This document shows positions 1 through 7,415 of a DNA stretch of 8,505 nt, one piece after another. The DNA comes from Eledone cirrhosa (lineage: Eukaryota), in NCBI GenBank assembly GCA_964016885.1, contig CAXHJY010000471.1:1-8505 (forward strand). Direction: 5' to 3'. A program made the translations under genes and the position numbers. The notes beneath the pieces are model-generated. The model ran no database searches. It had not been told where the DNA came from and worked only from the letters and a program-made list of their open reading frames with translations. Every line of letters starts with the position of its first letter. The first letter of the stretch is position 1.

Positions 1-367
1 CGACTGACTATCATAAAGGATATTATGAAAACATGCATATATTCTTCGGTTGTCACAAATCTAACCAATACACGCAGTGGGCGCCACATTGATCTGTTCC
101 ATTTGTTCAAATGGATGCATGTTTTGTTGAACAAAAGGGAAATTACCATTCTTTTTATCATATACATGAGATCATCCTACTGACTGCTATTTTTTGTAGG
201 GTTAACATAATTCGTTTTCCCACGAAGAACAACTCACAATTACCTCTCCAGCTTGAATACTATATATGCTTCTTGTTTCAAGATTGGAAGTAGGCAATTT
301 ACTTGACAAAATGTGCAAGTGATTGATTATCGAAAAGATAATGTAATTCATGCTTTAAAGATAATTG

Positions 368-532
368 TTTCTACTTTCGGCACAAGGCCAGCAATTACCC
401 AGTACATTACTGGTACTTTATTTTATCGACGCCGTAAGGATGAAAGGCAAAGTTAACCTCGGCGGGATTTGAACTCAGACTGTAAAGGGACGTAACTATG
501 CTAGAAAGCATGGCGTCCAACCCTCTACCGAT
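368..532 (-). mobile_element. Degenerate tRNA-derived SINE (resembles the abundant octopus SINE family)
   Basis: The minus strand has a Pol III B-box-like GAGTTCAAATCCC (plus 464-476), followed by a core TTTGCCTTTCATCCTTACGGCGTCGATAAAATAAAGTACCAG. A homologous copy lies at 7021-7180. The family assignment is from recall, not a search. Confidence 0.75.
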
Positions 533-1150
533 GATAATGGTCCATTTCTGTTAGTGGCATGACGTAAAACTTTTCAGAAACTTGTCTCAGACGCATTTCA
601 CATTTGACTGACACTTCTTCATTGATTCATCATAAAGAAGCGAAACTTTAAAGCAGTTCTACTGTATAACAGGAATGTAAAACCATGTATCACCATTGTC
701 CATTCTGCTCTCTTAAAAGTAACATGATTTAACATGGATATACGGCTTCATATCAATAACCTATTCTGTATTTATTCATTTAGTTTTCATGTTATTTTAT
801 TTGCTTCGTTTTAGAGCAGAGATTATTTTAACGTGAAGTTTGGGGCCTGCTTGTGTAGTTCTAAATCTAATTTTCTGTGGTGGGTTTATATTTTGTGTCA
901 AATACTGCATGCACTTAAATGGTAAATGATAGTTAAAAAGACTTAAAACACCATTAAAATCTTTAAAATACCCATTAGAAATGCTTCTCAGACTCAGAGA
1001 ATATCAATCGATGGGTTATGGCACATGACTCAAAGATTTGTGCAGTTCTAAATGTACCTTAATATAGACCTTGTACTGGAATTCACGCGGGTACGAGAAA
1101 GCCTGCTTTCCGGCAGGTTATCTCAAAATGGGTGAAAACAGTAAGTTTAG

Positions 1151-1460
1151 AATTCATATTCCATTGGCGGGCCATTTTTGAACATTGGAACAGCCATTAG
1201 GGCCATTAATATTTATTAAGCACTATTACAAAGATTCACCACAACTTCTTTCCATAATATGGAACTGGGAAATTATAACACACATAACCCTATCAGTGAA
1301 GCCCTTTAGTATAGGTCAACTAACATAAAATTGTATTACGGCTACGAAACAAATTCTAAATAAGCCTACAAGGTGAACATTTAAAACGGTCATCACAGGC
1401 CACTCTGACTGGTATGGTGGGCCGGATTGTGGTTCGCGGGCTGCCAGTTGCACACTCCTG
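1151..1460. mobile_element. Possible decayed hAT (Charlie-type) non-autonomous DNA transposon
   Basis: The right end read on the minus strand is CAGGAGTGTGCAACTGGCAGCCCGCGAACCACAATCCGGCCC, like Charlie-type termini CAGGGGTG..AAC..CGGCCCGCGGGCCA. It is flanked by GTTTAGAT (1461-1468). GTTTAGAA at 1145-1152 precedes a subterminal-like TTCCATTGGCGGGCCA. The left TIR itself is missing. Confidence 0.4.
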
Positions 1461-1635
1461 GTTTAGATGTTTGAATGAACTGAAGATTGAAACAGTAACG
1501 TGGTTATAACTCTGGAGTATGTGCTGCTCATTTATACTGTTAATTATTATCATCCAAAGGCAAGTGTTGATTAATGTATTTGATTTCATTTTTATTTAGA
1601 CACATATGCGCACATACACAAACATTCACACACAA

Positions 1636-1675
1636 ACATACATACATACATACATACATACATACATACATACAT
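1636..1675. repeat. (ACAT)10 microsatellite; 3' tail/target of copy A1
   Basis: Read directly; preceded by a degenerate CA-rich tract from about 1600. Confidence 0.95.
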
Positions 1676-2281
1676 GGTGGCTGCCAACTCGTTTTCGAGT
1701 ACGGCCACTACTTTATATCCATGTAGGAGAACCCCTACGGATGCGCTGAACGAGTGTGACTTTTTAGTCCAGCCAGCGATTTGAAAACTCTGGTACAAAC
1801 ACTACACTTTTGACAATTATTGACACATAGTGCTGGGCCCATGGTACCATCTGACGACAAGTGCAGAGAGATCTCCAGATATAAAGCAATGCCTGTGCCG
1901 TGAAGCTTTTATAGTGAGCAAAGGCACTGCACAAAGCCAGCCCCACTCTCTTAACCAAGATGATATTTACCAAAAAGAAGAACAAGTCAACATCATTGGA
2001 TACCATCAGGGTTGCAGGTGTTATATCAGAGTTTTCCTTCTCCTAGAATTCTGCCTTGACAAAGGCTAAGGGCCCATCTCTCCCGGTGATTTTGGATGGC
2101 CATTGACTCTTAAGAGCTCCTTTGCCCTTTGACAGGTTTTGTTTTTAGTCCTGCAGGATGTCCAAAGTCACCCTCCTCACCAAGAAAACTTGGTGGGGTT
2201 GCCAGTTTAGTCGCCAACGACCCGACCATGAGACAGGTTGTACTGGGATACATGTTACCAGTAGCACCAACTGGTGACCTG
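1676..2281 (-). mobile_element. Non-autonomous RTE-derived element, family A, copy A1 (full length, 606 bp)
   Basis: The minus strand carries the RTE-type 5'UTR motif GCCTTTGTCAAGGC..CTAGGAGAAGGAAAACTCTGA, a C2H2 ORF tip, a 3' stem-loop and a (TATG)n tail. It differs from A3 by about 12 substitutions counted by eye. Confidence 0.85.
1735..1842 (-). pseudogene. C-terminal C2H2 zinc-finger remnant of an RTE ORF (35-codon micro-ORF) in A1
   Basis: Translates MGPALCVNNCQKCSVCTRVFKSLAGLKSHTRSAHP*, matching C-x2-C-x12-H-x4-H, with the stop codon just before the 3' stem-loop. Confidence 0.75.
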
Positions 2282-2297
2282 ACATACATACATACAT

Positions 2298-2606
2298 GGT
2301 GGCTGCCAACTCGTTTTCGAGTACGGCCACTACTTTATATCCATGTAGGAGAACCCCTACCGCTGCACTGAACGAGTGTGACTTTTTAGTCCAGCCAGCA
2401 ACTTGAAAACTCTGGTACAAACACCACACCCGTGACAATTATTGACATATAGTGCTGGGCCCATGGTACCATGTGACGACAAGTGCAGAGAGATCTCCAG
2501 ATATAAAGCAATGCCTGCGCCGTGAAGCTTTTATAGTGAGCAAAGGCACTGCACAAAGCCAGTCCCACTCTCTTAACCAAGATGATATTTACCAAAAAGA
2601 AGAACA
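2298..2606 (-). mobile_element. Family A copy A2, 5'-truncated (~309 bp)
   Basis: Matches the left half of A1 with private substitutions, then breaks at GAAGAACA directly into (ACAT)15. Separated from A1 by (ACAT)4 at 2282-2297. Confidence 0.85.
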
Positions 2607-2663
2607 TACATACATACATACATACATACATACATACATACATACATACATACATACATACAT
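2604..2663. repeat. (ACAT)15 linker microsatellite
   Basis: Read directly. Confidence 0.95.
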
Positions 2664-3232
2664 GATGATGGCTGCCTCCTCGTTATCGAGTATGGCCATT
2701 GCACGATATACCATTATTAATAATTATTAATTAATTCTATCGTGCAATGCCTGTGCGTGAAGATATTTTTTAAAGTGAGGAAAAACTGTGCACTGAGCCA
2801 ATCCCACTCTCTAAGCGACAGTAGCTATAACCCAAAAAGAAGAAAAGATCAACATCATCAGTTACTACTGAGTCGCAGGTTTTATATCAGAGTTATCCCA
2901 GTTTCCTGAGTTGCCTTCTCCTAGAAGAATGCCCTGAGAAAGGCTAGGGGTCTTTCATTCCCAATGGTTTAACCGCGCGATCGAGTGTCTAGCCCGACTA
3001 TTTCTATGTCCCCGTGCATATACATACGTATGTACATGTGTATATACATATTTACACACTTTTGGGTGGCCGTTGACTCTTATGAGTTCTTCCACCCTTT
3101 GTCAGGTTTTGTTTTTTGTCCTGCAGGGTGTCCAAATTTGGTGAGGTTGCCGGTTTAGTCGCCAACGACCCGACCATGCGACAGGTTATACTGAGTTACA
3201 TGTTACCAGTAGCACTCAAGAGTGACCCGGCA
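2664..3232 (-). mobile_element. Diverged related element, family B (5' domain, 5'UTR and 3' stem-loop, no zinc-finger remnant)
   Basis: Collinear with A over about 2744-2965 and 3060-3232, with many substitutions. It has its own 3' stem-loop (2668-2699), an extra segment at about 2971-3059 and a ~22-bp deletion near 3136. Confidence 0.8.
3148..3232 (-). ncRNA. 85-nt structured 5'-terminal RNA domain, family B version
   Basis: Closing stem UGCCGG/CCGGCA, with hairpins CACU/AGUG, UACUGG/UCAGUA and GUCG-UUGG-CGAC. Covaries with the family A version. Confidence 0.55.
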
Positions 3233-3249
3233 TACATACATACATACAT

Positions 3250-3855
3250 GGTGGCTGCCAACTCGTTTTCGAGTACGGCCACTACTTTATATCCATGTAG
3301 GAGAACCCCTACCGATGCGCTGAACGAGTGTGACTTTTTAGTCCAGCCAGTGACTTGAAAACTCTGGTACAAACACTACACTTGTGACAATTACTGACAC
3401 ATAGTGCTGGGCCCATGGTACCATGTGACGACAAGTGCAGAGAGATCTCCAGATATAAAGCAATGCCTGTGCCGTGAAGCTTTTATAGTGAGCAAAGGCA
3501 CTGCACAAAGCCAGTCCCACTCTCTTAACCAAGATGATATTTACCAAAAAGAAGAACAAGTCAACATCATTGGATACCATCAGGGTTGCAGGTGTTATAT
3601 CAGAGTTTTCCTTCTCCTAGAATTCTGCCTTGACAAAGGCTAAGGGGTCATCTCTCCCGGTGATTTTGGATGGCCATTGACTCTTAAGAGCTCCTTTGCC
3701 CTTTGACAGGTTTTGTTTTTAGTCCTGCAGGATGTCCAAAGTCACCCTCCTCACCAAGAAACCTTGGTGGGTTTGCCAGTTTAGTCGCCAACGACCCGAC
3801 CATGGGACAGGTTGTACTGGGATACATGTTACCAGTAGCACCAACTGGTGACCTG
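3250..3855 (-). mobile_element. Family A copy A3 (full length, 606 bp)
   Basis: Same architecture as A1; appears identical to A4 and A5. Confidence 0.88.
3309..3416 (-). pseudogene. C2H2 zinc-finger ORF remnant in A3 (also at 2357-2464, 4021-4128, 4725-4832, 5417-5524, 6174-6281)
   Basis: Translates MGPALCVSNCHKCSVCTRVFKSLAGLKSHTRSAHR*. The A2 copy has lost the last His (..SHTRSVQR*). Confidence 0.75.
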
Positions 3856-3858
3856 ACA
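3774..3858 (-). ncRNA. 85-nt structured 5'-terminal RNA domain, family A version (also at 2200-2284, 4486-4570, 5190-5274, 5882-5966)
   Basis: Closing stem UGUCAG/CUGGCA, with hairpins CACC/GGUG, UACUGG/CCAGUA and GUCG-UUGG-CGAC, followed by UAAA. Compensatory changes versus family B. Confidence 0.55.
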
Positions 3859-3961
3859 TAACATACATAACATACATACATACATACATACATACATACA
3901 TACATACATACATACATACATACATACATACATACATACATACATACATACATACATACAT
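3856..3961. repeat. Interrupted linker ACATA-ACAT-ACATA-(ACAT)23
   Basis: Read directly, 106 bp. Confidence 0.92.
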
Positions 3962-4567
3962 GGTGGCTGCCAACTCGTTTTCGAGTACGGCCACTACTTT
4001 ATATCCATGTAGGAGAACCCCTACCGATGCGCTGAACGAGTGTGACTTTTTAGTCCAGCCAGTGACTTGAAAACTCTGGTACAAACACTACACTTGTGAC
4101 AATTACTGACACATAGTGCTGGGCCCATGGTACCATGTGACGACAAGTGCAGAGAGATCTCCAGATATAAAGCAATGCCTGTGCCGTGAAGCTTTTATAG
4201 TGAGCAAAGGCACTGCACAAAGCCAGTCCCACTCTCTTAACCAAGATGATATTTACCAAAAAGAAGAACAAGTCAACATCATTGGATACCATCAGGGTTG
4301 CAGGTGTTATATCAGAGTTTTCCTTCTCCTAGAATTCTGCCTTGACAAAGGCTAAGGGGTCATCTCTCCCGGTGATTTTGGATGGCCATTGACTCTTAAG
4401 AGCTCCTTTGCCCTTTGACAGGTTTTGTTTTTAGTCCTGCAGGATGTCCAAAGTCACCCTCCTCACCAAGAAACCTTGGTGGGTTTGCCAGTTTAGTCGC
4501 CAACGACCCGACCATGGGACAGGTTGTACTGGGATACATGTTACCAGTAGCACCAACTGGTGACCTG
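3962..4567 (-). mobile_element. Family A copy A4 (full length)
   Basis: Appears identical to A3; the ORF-track translations match. Confidence 0.88.
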
Positions 4568-4665
4568 ACATAACATACATAACATACATACATACATACA
4601 TACATACATACATACATACATACATACATACATACATACATACATACATACATACATACATACAT
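4568..4665. repeat. Interrupted linker ACATA-ACAT-ACATA-(ACAT)21
   Basis: Read directly, 98 bp. Confidence 0.92.
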
Positions 4666-5271
4666 GGTGGCTGCCAACTCGTTTTCGAGTACGGCCACTA
4701 CTTTATATCCATGTAGGAGAACCCCTACCGATGCGCTGAACGAGTGTGACTTTTTAGTCCAGCCAGTGACTTGAAAACTCTGGTACAAACACTACACTTG
4801 TGACAATTACTGACACATAGTGCTGGGCCCATGGTACCATGTGACGACAAGTGCAGAGAGATCTCCAGATATAAAGCAATGCCTGTGCCGTGAAGCTTTT
4901 ATAGTGAGCAAAGGCACTGCACAAAGCCAGTCCCACTCTCTTAACCAAGATGATATTTACCAAAAAGAAGAACAAGTCAACATCATTGGATACCATCAGG
5001 GTTGCAGGTGTTATATCAGAGTTTTCCTTCTCCTAGAATTCTGCCTTGACAAAGGCTAAGGGGTCATCTCTCCCGGTGATTTTGGATGGCCATTGACTCT
5101 TAAGAGCTCCTTTGCCCTTTGACAGGTTTTGTTTTTAGTCCTGCAGGATGTCCAAAGTCACCCTCCTCACCAAGAAACCTTGGTGGGTTTGCCAGTTTAG
5201 TCGCCAACGACCCGACCATGGGACAGGTTGTACTGGGATACATGTTACCAGTAGCACCAACTGGTGACCTG
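4666..5271 (-). mobile_element. Family A copy A5 (full length)
   Basis: Appears identical to A3. Confidence 0.88.
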
Positions 5272-5357
5272 ACATAACATACATAACATACATACATACA
5301 TACATACATACATACATACATACATACATACATACATACATACATACATACATACAT
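5272..5357. repeat. Interrupted linker ACATA-ACAT-ACATA-(ACAT)18
   Basis: Read directly, 86 bp. Confidence 0.92.
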
Positions 5358-5963
5358 GGTGGCTGCCAACTCGTTTTCGAGTACGGCCACTACTTTATAT
5401 CCATGTAGGAGAACCCCTACCGATGCGCTGAACGAGTGTGACTTTTTAGTCCAGCCAGTGACTTGAAAACTCTGGTACAAACACTACACTTGTGACAATT
5501 ACTGACACATAGTGCTGGGCCCATGGTACCATGTGACGACAAGTGCAGAGAGATCTCCAGATATAAAGCAATGCCTGTGCCGTGAAGCTTTTATAGTGAG
5601 CAAAGGCACTGCACAAAGCCAGTCCCACTCTCTTAACCAAGATGATATTTACCAAAAAGAAGAACAAGTCAACATCATTGGATACCATCAGGGTTGCAGG
5701 TGTTATATCAGAGTTTTCCTTCTCCTAGAATTCTGCCTTGACAAAGGCTAAGGGGTCATCTCTCCCGGTGATTTTGGATGGCCATTGACTCTTAAGAGCT
5801 CCTTTGCCCTTTGACAGGTTTTGTTTTTAGTCCTGCAGGATGTCCAAAGTCACCCTCCTCACCAAGAAACCTTGGTGGGTTTGCCAGTTTAGTCGCCAAC
5901 GACCCGACCATAGGACAGGTTGTACTGGGATACATGTTACCAGTAGCACCAACTGGTGACCTG
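5358..5963 (-). mobile_element. Family A copy A6 (full length)
   Basis: Matches A3 except for G>A at 5912 (ACCATAGGAC versus ACCATGGGAC). Confidence 0.88.
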
Positions 5964-6114
5964 ACATAACATACATAACATACATAACATACATACATAC
6001 ATACATACATACATACATACATACATACATACATACATACATACATACATACATACATACATACATACATACATACATACATACATACATACATACATAC
6101 ATACATACATACAT
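5964..6114. repeat. Interrupted linker (ACATA-ACAT)2-ACATA-(ACAT)32
   Basis: Read directly, 151 bp. Confidence 0.92.
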
Positions 6115-6554
6115 GGTGGCTGCCAACTCGTTTTCGAGTACGGCCACTACTTTATATCCATGTAGGAGAACCCCTACCGATGCGCTGAACGAGTGTGACT
6201 TTTTAGTCCAGCCAGTGACTTGAAAACTCTGGTACAAACACTACACTTGTGACAATTACTGACACATAGTGCTGGGCCCATGGTACCATGTGACGACAAG
6301 TGCAGAGAGATCTCCAGATATAAAGCAATGCCTGTGCCGTGAAGCTTTTATAGTGAGCAAAGGCACTGCACAAAGCCAGTCCCACTCTCTTAACCAAGAT
6401 GATATTTACCAAAAAGAAGAACAAGTCAACATCATTGGATACCATCAGGGTTGCAGGTGTTATATCAGAGTTTTCCTTCTCCTAGAATTCTGCCTTGACA
6501 AAGGCTAAGGGGTCATCTCTCCCGGTGATTTTGGATGGCCATTGACTCTTAAGA
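6115..6554 (-). mobile_element. Family A copy A7, 5'-truncated (~440 bp, lacks the structured 5' domain)
   Basis: Matches A3 up to CTCTTAAGA, then runs into (TACA)n. Confidence 0.88.
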
Positions 6555-6590
6555 TACATACATACATACATATATACATACATACATACA

Positions 6591-6620
<30 letters not shown>
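6555..6620. repeat. (TACA)n microsatellite closing the array
   Basis: Read directly; contains one internal TATA variant unit. Confidence 0.93.
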
Positions 6621-6622
<2 letters not shown>

Positions 6623-6673
6623 CGCTTTTCCTTTCTTTGAAAGAAACGAAAGAGTACATAAACATTTATTTTT

Positions 6674-6675
<2 letters not shown>

Positions 6676-6738
<63 letters not shown>
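6676..6738. repeat. (GT)31 microsatellite
   Basis: Read directly. Confidence 0.97.
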
Positions 6739-6739
<1 letters not shown>

Positions 6740-7020
6740 ATTAATTATGAGAAAATTGTGATTTGAGTGAGAAGACGTCCGTTTAAAAGAAAAGCTGAAT
6801 ACAACAATATTCACTTACGTTCCAGTGATTCTTGTAGAATTCTAAAAGATCTCGACTGAAGATTCGGATTAACCATACACTGAAAGCATTCTAAATCTTG
6901 ATCAGAGGAATAAGACTTAGGTCTACTCTTAGTTTGTGGTGCAGGTTTCGGTGGAACTTTACTGAAATCCCTGTAACGAAAGAAATAAAATAAGAAATTG
7001 CCATATAAGTGATTTTTAAT

Positions 7021-7180
7021 TTAGGCACAATTTGTAAGGAATCGAAAATCGATTACATTGACTGGTACTTATTTTATCGACCTTGAAAGGATAAAAGGCA
7101 AAGTTGATCTCAGTTAAAATTGAATTTAAAATGTAAAGGCATTTTGTCCGACGGTTACCGATTCTGCTAATCCATCGCCA
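7021..7180 (-). mobile_element. Second, more decayed copy of the tRNA-derived SINE
   Basis: ACTGGTACTTATTTTATCGACCTTGAAAGGATAAAAGGCAAAGTTGATCTC aligns with about 409-460; the B box is degenerate. Confidence 0.7.
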
Positions 7181-7291
7181 TTTGCCTTATTTATATCATT
7201 AACATGTGTATTGAATTCACAACGGTAAATAACATGTCGGAATTATTTAAGAAATCTTAACACATTCATTACCATATTTCTAATTAAAAGG

Positions 7292-7415
7292 AACCTTTCA
7301 TCATAATTTAGATGAAAAACTTTGTGTCCTAATTACATCTGAAGTGAGCAAGTGACTTGTCATTCAGATGGTAATTAGGAACAAAGTTTCTCATCTAAAA
7401 TTATGATGGAAGGTT
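7292..7415. repeat. Long imperfect palindrome (~60-bp arms, 3-nt loop), MITE-like foldback
   Basis: The left arm AACCTTTCATCATAATTTAGATGAAAAACTTTGTGTCCTAATTACATCTGAAGTGAGCAAG matches the reverse complement of the right arm, AACCTTCCATCATAATTTTAGATGAGAAACTTTGTTCCTAATTACCATCTGAATGACAAG. The loop is TGA at 7353-7355. Confidence 0.85.

Noticed and set aside
111-293. 60-aa ORF, and the 77-aa ORF at 1356-1589
   Set aside because: Both are short with no recognisable motifs or splice context, consistent with chance ORFs. The second overlaps a transposon-like end.
1066-1120. Small hairpins suggesting a Helitron 3' end or terminator
   Set aside because: The stems are weak and there is no correctly placed CTRR end or U-tract.
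1851-1875. Hammerhead core CTGACGA in A1
   Set aside because: Other copies read GTGACGA, there is no stem II followed by GAAA, and it lies on the antisense strand of the element.
1764-2069. Repeated 80-aa (MVSNDVDL..) and 79-aa (MLGPWYH..) ORFs
   Set aside because: They recur only because the DNA unit repeats, have no recognisable domain and are not preserved in family B. The meaningful motif is in a different frame.
3414-3425. Perfect 12-bp palindrome CATGGTACCATG near the A internal junction
   Set aside because: It is short, partly disrupted in A1 and has no independent support for function.
3774-3858. Canonical HDV-like, twister, pistol or hatchet assignment for the 5' domain
   Set aside because: GG-hairpin-CUAA-stem resembles HDV P1.1/P4/J4-2, but no P1/P3/L3 arrangement fits both A and B. 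GUCCCAUGG lacks the twister AAGCC loop and varies in B. The pistol and hatchet resemblances are only short words.
1676-6554. CRISPR-like repeat/spacer array
   Set aside because: The constant units are about 606 bp and the variable parts are microsatellites. There are no unique spacers and no cas genes, and the context is eukaryotic.
1592-6814. ORFs containing MYVCMYVC, HTYIHTYI or HTHTHT runs
   Set aside because: These are translations of stop-free (ACAT)n and (GT)n microsatellites.
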